DNA of 56,156 bases, counting the filler, from Sphacelaria rigidula (lineage: Eukaryota): NCBI GenBank assembly GCA_964200075.2. It is 4 parts of 4 records of this genome, joined end to end, with 100 filler letters (N's around TTAATTAATTAA, not from the genome) between each part and the next. Parts side by side here need not be neighbours in the genome. Positions count along the whole stretch, not along the records: positions 28,132 to 42,095 come from CAXNAA020002546.1; positions 42,196 to 56,156 come from CAXNAA020002547.1; 2 more parts are not named here. One strand, given 5' to 3'. Shown here piece after piece: positions 35,130 through 47,500 of the stretch (position 1 is the first letter of the stretch; every line of letters begins with the position of its first letter). Under the pieces are notes generated by a model that worked only from the letters and a program-made list of their open reading frames with translations, made no database searches and was not told the DNA's origin. The position numbers and the translations under genes are program-made.

Positions 35130-36299
35130 CTGTCCTTGTCCCGCGCCAGCCTGCCTCCCGAGAGGTTGGAACGGAAAGAGAGCGATACACCCGAGACCGC
35201 AATCAGCGACGGGAGGGGGTTACAGCTAGAAATTGCAGCGCACGCTGGAGGGGGGAAACGCTGGAGAGAGAGAGAGAGGGAGAAAGGCGCAATCAAACGG
35301 GGACTCGGTAAAGGCTGTAGGTTCTTAGGATATACGTACTGTACCGCGAAACACTCGGCACGGAGAAGTCAGAAAGCACATACGTCATCGTGAGTTACCC
35401 AAATTTCCAACATTGTTGTTGTTGGGTGAGGAAGGTGGAAAGAGACCTTCGTTTACGCACTTTGCCGCGCAATCACGTCAAGAGAACGAGGGACCCTTCA
35501 GTTTCTACTTATCGGCGTTCACCACTCGCCATCGTGGATCCAAGCGTGTGCGCCTACCGAAGAGCAATTAGGCACACATGACCTTCGGCTTATCGTGCAA
35601 AACACCAACGATGAGGCCCCGCATGCTGCCAGTATGTCAGGATATGCTCATGGATACACCACGACAAGATCTCTCGGCGTTCAGTGTACCCTCTTGTCCT
35701 CCCACTCTACCCCCACAAACCATGGAGCTCGTGGGCACTGTGGAAGCGCAATCTACACTGTCTTGCGACACGTTGGGATAGGTCGTGTATCGCAAGACAC
35801 GAGCTTCACTTGTACGGATAAAGCATACAAATTACACCTGCACTTATACTCAAACATGATAGCCGTTGCGTACTCTTCGTATAGAGCAGCAAGCAGTGAG
35901 TGTGGCATAGCACACGGGAGAAATAAGGCTTGTACTACATACATGCAAGCTGCACTCCCTGCGATGCTACCGAAGCTCCGTACACTCGGAACACATCTGT
36001 CTGCTTCGTGCTGACAACAAAACGATCGGAGCGCCGTGGCCGGATTTGCGCTGCCAAGGGCAGTACTGAATCATTAGGGAACGAAGAAGAAAAACACTAT
36101 TTTGGATCAGATTCGATCCTATCTGTAGGAAAGTTTTCGTTTTTCATTTCAGCATTTGAAATGATCAATGTTGCTATTGTACGGACAAGGGCTAGGCGGG
36201 CATGTCTGACCGACGATCAGGGAAATTTCGAGATCGAAGCTGATAACTAGCCAACAGTAACCAGGTTGACGACGGAGCGACGAACTTTAATGACATGGG

Positions 36300-37350
36300 C
36301 GGTAGGGGGGGAACACCGCTGGTGGGAACAGACACGCCAGAGAAAGATATATGACGACATACAGTAGTTTACAGCTGAAACAGGGGATTTCTGTAATTTT
36401 TTCGTAGTCGACGATTTTCGACAGTGTTTTCGCGTGCCTCCGCCCATTCCAGTGACTGTTTGATCCCAAACTTTGGGGATTGAAAGATACTAGGTGTCTC
36501 TGCTCCACATTCCGAACCAAAATCATCTCTGCACTCAATATTAAACGGCCTACGGTTTGACCGGTTTTCCGGGGGTCCTGTGACTACCCGCCCCAGGTTT
36601 TGACCCTTGGGTATTATTGCTCGATTGGAGCACTTCACTTCCGGTCGTTCTCGTTAACACATGAATAGGAATGGGTTTTCGACTTTCTACATAACCATTA
36701 CGCTAGTGCTGAAATAAAAGGTGTTTTTTGGTCTGGTGATGGTGATGTATATATACAAATCGTGTCATAGCACACCCGTGATAAACGAGGTACGTACTCC
36801 GTATCACCGTGACAACACCCATTGAGGATTTTGCCATGGGCACGACCTTTTTCTTTTTCCAATATCTATCGACGGTAGGGCTTTTGAGTGCTAAACAAGA
36901 ATGGTATACGAGAAAAAAATCAGAAAAACACCCAACTGCAAAAATTGCTCAACCGAGCTTCGCACAGCACATCGAGGGTAAGCTAAAATCCAGATCATTC
37001 TCGGGAATGATTTCGCGAACCCTTATTTTGTAGTTTCACGTATTCATCGCAGTCGAGCATAAAAGAGATGTGCTCGGATCAGGAACGTTCACCAACACCC
37101 CCTGTCAACTCAGCCCGTATGTCGTTCAATATTCAGCGCAGAGACGATTTTGTTTCGGAATGTGGAGCGGGTTCCTATTAGTGGTATCTCCCGATCCCCA
37201 AACTTCGAGACCAAACGTTCACTTGGATGAGCGGTGGCACGCGAGAAACTATTGAAAATCGTCGAATACGAAAAGAGTACAGAATATCCTATTTCAGCTG
37301 CAAACTACTATACAAGACACTACCTAGCCGAATGGACGTTCTACCCCCAT
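36300..37350. mobile_element. Old long-TIR DNA-transposon relic
   Basis: About 36360-36541 is a diverged reverse complement of about 37128-37310 (e.g. gctccacattccgaac / ttcggaatgtggagc and tagtttacagctgaaa / tttcagctgcaaacta). Outer limits are approximate. Confidence 0.7.
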
Positions 37351-39165
37351 TTGACGCCGAATGAGCGGCACTGTACGCGCTGGTTCTGTTTTGACTTCTT
37401 CCCGTGTTCCCCCCGCCTTTGTTGGGATTGTCATGCTTCTTTTGGTCTTGATCCATTTTGCTTAGTTTCTAATAGTTTTCGTGATACAGCTGATTCCTCT
37501 CCTCTCTGCTGGTCTATTCTTTTTTCTAGCCTCACCTGCTTTGGTTGCCTCTGCATCTGTCGATCATGTACGTGTACCAGTAGATAGCCATGTATGTCAT
37601 TACTTTCTCCTGGTATCTCCTGGTTGCTTTACTGCAGTACAGTATGTCATTGCTCGGGTTCCGAACAACAGCACTATCCGACTTTTCGCATTGATGTGAT
37701 GGGTCTTGCAGCGCGAGGAAAGTATCGCCTGCATGCAGTTCGCCTCTGCAATGAAATACCCGTTCCTACTAGGGAGGGGTGATATTTTCAGGTGTGTTTG
37801 TCCGGGAATCTTGTCTTTTTCGACCGCAGGTCTGAGATGAGAGGCTGATGCGACGGTTAGCAAAAAATAACAGAGCCCATCCGTTACTTGTTGTTTGTTG
37901 TTGTCGTTGCTTCCTTCTTTCCTTTCTGTGACTGTTGCTGCTGTCTTCTTCTGCATCTTTCCTTTTTCTCATGCTGCTCTTTTCTGCTGCTCCTGACCAC
38001 GGGCTGGATTGTTGCAATCAGCTAATGTGAGATAATCAGTGGATCATTAACTCCATCGCCCGTTGCCTCCTCCACACACTCTCACAACCGCACGCAAATA
38101 TAACGAACCAGACGCCATGGTCTCTGATAAAGACCAAGCTAGTACTAGTCGCGGCGGCGTGCATTGCTATCCTAGCTCGTTAAGGCCATGGTGACGAACT
38201 GGCTCGATTCACTTTCTTGGTGGAATTTGTGATGATACGCTATTTTTCACATTTCCTTGCAACGGTTTACGAGATACGGTCGACGTATATTGCCACAAGC
38301 GTGTGTGCATTCGAAATACGTGGACAAAAAGGTGTCTGGACGTCACTGGTGCTTCCCGCCTCTGAACTTGAGATACTTTGACATTCACGGGGAACACAAA
38401 AATTCTTGTAAAACAGCCGATTTTCCCGAAATGTCGGAATCGAATGCAAAAAAAAAAAAAAACGTAAAACTGAAGTTATTATTTTTTTCAAATGCGCAAA
38501 TGAAAATCGCTCGAAAAAATCTGTGTTCGTTGTATACGAGTATACCCCAGTGATGAGCTCCGAGTTCCGGACTCCCACCACACAAATGCCAACTGATCGT
38601 GGAAATCATATTTTGATTATGAAAAACATGAAAGCTCAAACGGGGTCGGGGGCCAAGGGCTCAAAAACAAAGCGATATGAGATGTACGCATATGTGAAAA
38701 TGGTATATATATATATTATATATATGTGTGTGTTTTCACGAGAACTCGAGCACTCTCACGCAAATCCTAGAGCCCCGTATGTCGAAATCGTGGATAGACA
38801 GCACGCATTAATTCGTTGTACACCAGACATTCGGCTGTTTAGACGTTCTTCACTCAATGGTTCACTGCGATGTATTATTCACGACATGCAATCTGAACGT
38901 TCACTCTCAATTGCACACGTACAACACCAAAGTCGTGACTGTTGACCTCTTCTTGATCTTCACCTCCCCAATCGCAATATGTTGCCATCCGAGATAATAA
39001 CAAATTGTTTTGAAAATATGTCTTGCTGGATTATCCTGATCCCCGGGAAAAGAGAAAAAATGCCCACATGCCAAGTGGTATTTTTTTTTATATGCGCGTG
39101 ATCACGTAACTGTATATTTTTCTCTCTCCACACGTTTTAGTAACCATGAGGCCGTGTCTTCTTAA

Positions 39166-40675
39166 CCCTTTTGGAACTCACAATGGAAAATTGATCATTT
39201 GCGATTGACGGTTTCTGAGCAAGATATGGTTGATGGTTCATAGCTTAGACGAAACAATTTTGGCCAAACGCGTATTTTTCAGACCCGTACGAGTAACAAG
39301 TGGAGCAAGAGAAGGTTTCCTATTTTCTTGCTGCGATCCGCCGGCCTTTTTTTCTACACTCATGAGGTCCTTGCTCGGCCACAGTGCGCGGCAGGCCTCT
39401 GTGAAGCATGCTTCTGGCCTGACCTGCACGCCCTGCCCGCTGCAGTTTATACTCTTTACAGTGTCACAGCAACAAGGGCAACGCGGATGGCACATTCGGT
39501 AAATGTATGAACTGGCGGTATGCAATCCCAGGCAGTCGTGCCGCCGGGGGTGCTGCGACACTGCCCTGTACAGTACTGGGTGTGTTTACAGCAGTTTGGG
39601 GTTATCTTGACTGCAGACTCACGTCATGCACACCATCGCGCTCATGCACGTTCCGACAGCACCATCCCGCCCTTTGAAAAATGGGTAAAGGCGACGCAGA
39701 CGCCATGTGCCCTGCAGTTATGCACCGTCACTGTGGTGTAGAGTCTGCCAAATGCCGTCGCCCCAGGGGTGATACCTTACTGCTTCGTGTCATGTCTGTA
39801 TTGTATTTTGAGAATATCTCTGTAAAACGCGGGGCATGCACAGAACTGCGCACTGCCAAGTACGTGCCGACAACATCATATTTTGGGCTGACTATTACAC
39901 AACGGCGTAGCGAAAGGCATAGTGGCTCCACCACATCTATACCGCGGGTTGATCGTTCCCGACCGTTGCATAAACATACTCCATGCTGCATGAGATTCAT
40001 GACGCCGGCTACCGCTATCGTCTCGTGCCGTCTACTCTCGTGGCCGACTTTTCACGACATGCCCATATTTATCTTGCACGGAGTGTAGCCGCAAGTTAAT
40101 ATTGTAATCTACTGTATTTACTGACTGTAGTGTTCTTCATCTGGCCTGATTACGGTAGGCGGTGTCCGTCGGCTACCTCCGGTGTACATGTATATCGCCT
40201 GTTCGGACGCCTGCGATTACACCCGCCATGTACCGCCCGCACAACCCACTGTGCCTTCCACATGTGGTGACGGGATTTCGCTGGGTTCAGCCATACTGTG
40301 CTGTATGTACGGTGTGGCTTGGCAAACTCGCCACCCGATGCTGCAGCCCGTCAAAGCGGTGCTTCCCTCATTTACAAATTCTAATATACAAACGTGCCCG
40401 GTTGGACCCTGGAACCCATTGCTATTTTTTGAATGGAATGTCTCATGGTGGTTTTGCTGATTGTTGTCGATGGATGCGATTGGACACGCTTTATCCGGTG
40501 CGTTGTGTGATTGGACAAACCTCACTCGATCTCTGCGGGGAGGACATTCTTCTCCGATCTTCCATTGTAAAAATAGTTGCCGTCGGCCTTTTCTGTTTTC
40601 ATCTTTTCCGCTTCGTTAGGGCTTCTCATAATAAGGCGTTTGACCAGGGGACAGGAGGGGAGGGTTCTAACAGGG
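39166..40675. mobile_element. Non-autonomous piggyBac-like element (1510 bp)
   Basis: TTAA|CCCTTTTGGAAC...GTTCTAACAGGG|TTAA: 10 of 12 terminal bases are inverted matches, with CCC/GGG ends and a TTAA TSD. Confidence 0.65.
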
Positions 40676-42095
40676 TTAAATGGCCCAAAGTTACGTTTTT
40701 TCCACTTTGTTCACATGTGTCACGTGTGTGACGTATCCCTCCCTGGAAATTTCGATCTGGTGAAAATGACGTGGAAGTGAATGACGACCAGTCAGATCGG
40801 AGTTTTACTTTTCCACCACACCTTACCTTGACAAAATATGCTCAATAGTTGCAATAGACAAGAAACGTACTGCATAAAGTATAGGTCTATTGCGACTATT
40901 ATCGGCCAGCAATAGTTACCATAGGCCAATACTTCATGGAGTATACTTCTCGTCTCTTGCATCTATTGACCATATTTTGTCCAGGATGCGAAAAAATGCT
41001 CTGGAGAAGAAAAGCAAATCGATTTGATAGGTGATCATTTCAAAATACACGATGTACATGAGTTTCGACCTATCCTGACCTATCAGATCGGAATTATCAT
41101 CTTCCGTCTCACTTTTTCGATCCATCGGAAAATAATATGCGGCCGAAGACAAGGCGTGAGACTTCACAAAACAACGCAAAATACGGCGCAGCATCCTCTT
41201 CCAGGTACTGTTGTGAATATGGGTGATCTATGATACAGCCAGTAGACAGATGTCGGTGTGTGCTGGCGGAATGTATAAGTAGACCTATACCCTGAAGAAG
41301 GTCAGTGGGCAAACCAATCACGAGAAATCGCTAGTTCTTCGTGCCGTGTTGACCCTCTTGGAACTCGCGAAAAACGGTACAAACTACGATATGCGAGCTT
41401 TCGTCGCCCGGAAAACGTCGCTTTGAGCTCAGTGCACGAATGTGTCACATGAGTCCACTTGAACTCAGAGTGGTGCACCGTTTGGGTGGGCTGCATCACC
41501 AACACTTGCAGAAAAACAGTCATATCTTGGCCAAGAAAACGTTAACCTAGGTGCAGTGATCTGTCCTGATCTAGGCAGTCGACTGGCGTAAAAACCTCGA
41601 TGAGATATCTCAACACACACACAGCAAAATAACCGAGTGGGGTCGAGCTTTACAGCTACCGTCTGTACTATTCATCTGCGCTGCGCTGCGTACCATGCTG
41701 AATATATACGAAGTTTCCCCGCTATTCTGTACAGACTGTACTAGAGGCGTCCGAATGCATCACACGGGAGAAACATGCAGAACTCGTTACTTGCCGTCAC
41801 GTGGAACTTTCCCTTGGTGAAAGTATTCTGCCGGCATCCAGAGCGACACCACTATTATAGGCAAACCATACAAGACAAATATTGCATCACGTGCTCGTTT
41901 GCGGTGTGCTGAGCTATCGCCTTGTCTGGTGCTACTCCATGGTGTTCTGGATCTTGCGGGCGATTTGATGCCGATCGCACGAGATGGTCGTATCAGGTGC
42001 TGGGCGATGTGTCTCTTTCAACATTGGTCGATCGAGAACAGCATGGCCACGCCCCCACTCCCCCCCCCCCCCCCCCTACCGTTTTTTTCTTGTTC

Positions 42096-42195
42096 NNNNN
42101 NNNNNNNNNNNNNNNNNNNNNNNNNNNNNNNNNNNNNNNTTAATTAATTAANNNNNNNNNNNNNNNNNNNNNNNNNNNNNNNNNNNNNNNNNNNN
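42096..42195. other. Artificial contig spacer (N44-TTAATTAATTAA-N44)
   Basis: Same 100-bp structure as 13968-14067. Confidence 0.97.
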
Positions 42196-42421
42196 GGACA
42201 GAGGTGACCATAACCAAAGCGATCACCATTAAAAAAAAAAAAACGATATATGCCGGACGTGGGAGAGAAGCATAGTCATATGTCGGTTGAATCGACTACA
42301 CATCCTCAATGGAAAAATACACAAGCAGAAAGACTAGATGACTACTGCGAGATGTTGCAAGAACGAAACACCAGCAACGCAAGGACCCCCCCGTAAAAAC
42401 GCGGCAGTATAGCGACGACCG

Positions 42422-42779
42422 GTCGCCACAGTGGCCCAGTTGGTAGCCTCGAATCCTTCTGACGGTTGGGTCGTGGGTCAAAATGTCGGACCGATCTACG
42501 ACTTTTTCTCACACAGTGCCCAACAGTGGAGAGCGCCTATGTCGTGGGCACACAAAATTTGGCTTGACGGTCAACGAGGGAAAGGGACTGCTGAATCCCT
42601 CTCGCGATGAAAAAGATTAAGGCAAGCACCGCAGAAGAAAGGTGGAGAGCTAAAACAAATAATAAAAATAACAACTGTGTTTGCCTTCCTCCTGTGTGAT
42701 TCCGGCTGATGCGCCCACATATACCGACAGGTGTAGACCGGCGTCCAGAAAAGATGGGATGACAACACAGTACAACACA
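42422..42779 (+). mobile_element. tRNA-derived SINE, copy 1
   Basis: Head with A-box-like TGGCCCAGTTGG and a degenerate B-box. The body aligns with the copies at 50580 and 54190. CA-rich tail. Confidence 0.8.
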
Positions 42780-43234
42780 TGTCGTTCACCCTCAACTCTT
42801 CGTACAAACACCAAATTACATGCCACCGATGGTTTGGGGGAAGACGAAAAGAAAAGAAAAAAACGGGGACATGGCATGATCACTGCATGTTTTTTTGTCG
42901 ACGTTTTTTTTTTTTCATATGCGCACAACCCGCCACCAATCAATTGGGCGAGAACCCCAACGAGAGCACACCGAGAAATGATAAATAGATGCATCAATAG
43001 AACAGATACGCCGACTGGAGTGGCTGGAGCCGCGCCCAAACGACAACTATAACGAGTGCTGACGCGAAGAAAATAGCGCGGCTACGTTACAACGACAAGA
43101 CACCGACTGCACTGCACTACTTCAACGCAGCCATGTCCACATCACCCGCAGTGCTTTTTTGGTGGTGAAGAAAGAAACACGTGTTGGGCTTGAGCACTGC
43201 ACCTCTGCTGAAAAAAAATGACAGATGCGACCTG

Positions 43235-44373
43235 GGCCGGCCCAGACGCGGATTTAAGCTCTCAAAGCAGTATTTTATCGACACAGATGAATTTGTCCAT
43301 GATCCGCATGGTCTTTTTATCAAAAGTCTGGGTCAATGGTTCTCGTAGATTGAACCTCTAGTAATTCCTATACCGTACGAAGATAGTGTCCATACTAAAA
43401 GTTTATTTGAAACCCCGAACGATATTTACACCGGATGACGACAATTTTTGGTGCGGACATTCCCTGGAGCACGGGGAAACGATCGATACTCTCATCTTTG
43501 CCTAATTCGTGATCTATCTCGACATATGGTGCACATAAGGTTCTTTACTAGAATCAATATATTACGAGCAGAGGCACTAAATGCACCAAATGCATAAAAT
43601 CGGAATATCGCATCTCAGTTTCTGAGAGTTGTGCTCTGAAATTTGGTATGGAGAATCGTTGGTGCATGGTGAAAAAAACAGATTTTGTTTTCTTCACTTC
43701 TTCTCTTTTTTTTTCTTTTTTCAAGGGGAGTTTTAAGGAAAATAGACAATGCTCTCGGACCTCATCTCAGCTCTTCAGCTCAATTTCTAGAAGTGTGATT
43801 TGAAATTTATCATGGAGAATCAATCGCAATGGCATGCCGAAGTGAAAAAAAATGGGCCTCCATATAAAGAGGTACGGACGTTCTCGTGAGGAGACGGTTT
43901 TTACTGAATGGTCCCAACACGCGTAAAATAAAACCAAAATCAACAATTCCCACTGTTCTTGGTTCATTCTGGCCTAGCGAGTTCCCACAAAAGAATTCAA
44001 AACACGAGTACCAAACCTGTGCCGGTAAATGGCCTGGAAAATATTGTTCCAAATTTCGCCCGGCCTAGTTTCTAAATCGCCCCGCCTCACCTCAACTTCG
44101 AGAGTTGAACTTTCTAACTTTGTACGGAGGAAGAATGAGGGATGCAGGGGAATATTGTTTCGGGACAATAACTTTTTTTCCTTCTCGTGAGTTAATGACG
44201 TGATTACTGTAATCAATTTACGACCAAATATATATATATATATATATATATTGTCCCAAAATAACATTTTCAAGTGTACCCTATTCTTCCTCCGTACCGA
44301 AGTTTAAAGTCCAACTCTGAAAATTGAGGTAAGGCGGGGTTTCCAAAACCACAAATTTGCGTCTAGGCCGGCC
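43235..44373. mobile_element. Possible PIF/Harbinger-like non-autonomous element with a nested fold-back (about 44080-44339)
   Basis: TIR GGCCGGCCCAGACGC / GCGTCTAGGCCGGCC with 3-bp flanks CTG and CGG. Inner inverted arms ccccgcctcacctcaa...ttgaggtaaggcgggg and tacggaggaagaat / attcttcctccgta. Confidence 0.55.
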
Positions 44374-44574
44374 CGGCTCGTACGTTCTCCGGCATGGCAC
44401 CAACTAGCTCCATCACGGTACTAATAAACAATTGATATTATTTTTTCCGCACATGAGCCCGATCTCTCGAACCCACGATCACAGCCATCGACTCGCCTTT
44501 CCACTACCATCGCTACTAACCCCTACATACATCCGCTGAAAAAAAGAAGCATGCGTTGGGATTGGGCATCTCAC

Positions 44575-47500
44575 CTCTGTGAACGTAGCTCGGTCGATGC
44601 CAACACACTCCACCGGTCCGTCAGCGGTCGCCGTCGAGCACATGGGCAAGCTCGCCACCAAAGCCTCCTCGCCAAACATCTCTCCGTTTTCCTGCCGTAC
44701 CAACCGAACAATGTCATCATCCACAGAGCACAGAACTTCTGTCAATCTCAAACAAATGTACACCAACAGCGTGACGGCAAAACGAAAAAAAAAACAGCGC
44801 ATCAGACTCCTTGCCAGTGTCGCTCACACGCCCCGTAGCGCTCACCATGCTCGATGTCTCCCAACAGTACAACGGCGGCAGGCGTCAACCCCATATGGGA
44901 ATTCGTAGCCGTCTAATACAACATGCATCATTGCGATCTTGTCGGGGGAGCGGGGGCAGGAGGTGTTGCGGAAAAAAATTCAAGCGCGGACTTCGTAAAG
45001 CTATGGCAGTTCTCCATAAGAGGAAGCAGTAGCGGCACACTTTTTCGTTTTTGGGTGCGGAGATTAGGCTGTTGGGGGAAGATGAGAGCTCGGCCACTTC
45101 TCATGGCAAACAAAATTGAAAATCTGGAAAATTGTCTTCGTGGAGCTTCTGCGCCGTTCCATGCCCCAAAAGAGAGCTAGGCGGTTTTTGATACTGTACC
45201 TTCGAATGTCTGGCTGTGCTCGTTGAGACGCCTGCGGCACACTTGTGCATTTTGCCGGTGGCCGCAGTTTTTCGTTATCCAAACTTCCATTTTTCTCGAG
45301 ACCGCTCGTTTTTCTCGGAGTCCGGTCAAATGAAAAAAAAATCCGAAATTTGTCTGAATTTGCCCTGTCTCCCAGAAGAAGCGATCTCCAAAAAAAAAGC
45401 TAGGTTGGCCAGGGGGCTACAAGAAAAAAAAATCGGGACACTTAGGCCCCAAGATCGAAAACTTGAGTTTTTAAGGGGGGGGGGGGGGACGCACCCAGCC
45501 TGCTGTTCCCTAGTTTATTGCCGAGGCGTTGGTGGATGCGGTCAGCTACCGTGTACACAGATCCTTGGCATGGAGACCGCTGAGATGGCAGACACTCCTC
45601 CCTCCCCAAGCTCATCACTTACCATGATTACATTTATTATCATGTTCCGTGTTGTGTGCCTCGAGTACCCACCAGTAGTCCGGGCAAGTTTGGCAGGGCG
45701 TGAGATGTTGTTGCTACTTTGGCTACAGGCTGTCGCTACCGTGCGCTCGGGCAAATACATGTCTGTGAGCGTGGCCGGCATCTGAGGCCATCGGGACAGA
45801 GCGGGCGAGAAGCAGATGCAAATATACGAACTTCGCAAAGCCCACCAGACTTTTCCGTTTTTGTCAGTGTTTTTTTCATCAACTTCTTGCAACAACATTC
45901 AACAACGACAACAACGACAACAACAACAACAACAACGACAACGACAACAACGACAACGACAACGACAAAAACAACAATAATTATGACAATTTTCGAAAGT
46001 ATGCCCTTCAGGAGGGCGGGGGGCTCCGTGTCCAAACATCTTTTCCCCATAGCGCCCTGGGTTGGCCAAGAAAACAAGCTGGGCCCACCGGAAATGCACA
46101 GGTGTACTGGAACCCTCAAGGAGTACAGCAAGGCATTTCAAGGTGTCGATATCTGCCTAGCTCTCTTTTCGGGCGTAAATCGACGTAAAAGCTCCAAAAA
46201 AGGCATTTTTCTACACTTGATTTTTGTTTGCCATAAGCACCGGCCTTAGCCCATATCATCATGTTTGTATACGACAAAAATGGCGCATTAGCAACGTGGC
46301 GTGAAAGCGCAGGAGAGGCACAACAAGTCATGGTGTGCGATCGATGTGACATGGCCCTTCCTCGTGCACCCTATGCTACACCTCACCACGGCATACCACT
46401 CCTACTACAAAAACAGCAAAAGGAAAAGGTCTGCAAAACTCACCCCCCTCCACCCCCCCCCGCCTCACCCAACGCAACGCAACGGATGGCAGAAATGGCG
46501 ATGAAGCACAAAAAGAATTGAATAAACTAACCTTGGTCTCTATGGGGCCGTCGGGACCTTCCAGCCTTACAACCCCCCTGTTGACGAAGTAGCAGCAGTG
46601 GTGGAAGTCGCCCCTCTGGTAGATAACCTCTCCATCCGCGAACTTCTGCTCTCACAACACAAAGGACAGCGCACGGTAGCGCGCAATGAGCCGAGTCAAC
46701 ACACGCCCACGCGCGAGAACATAGCAGATGGAGAGCCAAGTTAGAACATGATCACTTGGGATCTCCTTCCTCCGGGAGGAGGGGGGGGGGGGTTCATGAA
46801 ACCAAAACTGACATCTTGATCGTGAACAGCCCGACGTCCAACGGTCGACGAGCAGTTCACATCACGATTGAGGGGAAAATGAAGCCCCTTCCACGAATAC
46901 ACCAGCCACGTTCGCGATCGTCAAGGGTCAGGGGGGGAGTGGCACCAGGCGAATCGTGTTTATATTCGTAACGTGGCCAAACATGATTATAAACTCCTTC
47001 TTACAACCGCAGCACCGACATGCTATAGCACATGTCTCCACCTTGCTTGTTCAAACAAGAACGTGACAAGCCAAAGAAGTCACGATCACATCACAAACGA
47101 ACCACGAGATGCACACGGTTCTCCATGCCGCACAATACTACTGCTAAAACTGCTCAAGAGGTGTCGAAGGTGGGTCAGGGGATAATGGACTATAATGACA
47201 ACCCCGCGCAAGCAAACAAAACAACCATCAAGAACACGCACGTGTCCCACGTAAGTCAAGATACCACATATCCACATGCTTCCACCGGTGCACAATACCT
47301 GGTGGTTGAGAGGGTGGCTATCCGAAGACTTGAGCTTCTGGTACATAGATCGTTCGAATGTCCTCAGGCTGCGATCCCCTCTCGTCTTCTCCTGCAAAGC
47401 TCGCAACAAGTCCACCTGAACAACAGCGAATCGCGCCAGTTTCCAAGTAGACAAGTATGTTGGAGTGAGCGCAAACTCGACAGACACATGAAGAAATAAA

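Noticed and set aside
45623-45781. Phase-0 AG/GT-bounded open segment (MPATLTDMY...NVIM) as a channel exon
   Set aside because: It would insert 53 aa into the CNBD beta-roll, whereas the flanking exons join cleanly (IETK|ENGEMFGE). It is more likely intronic repeat sequence. A cryptic exon cannot be excluded.
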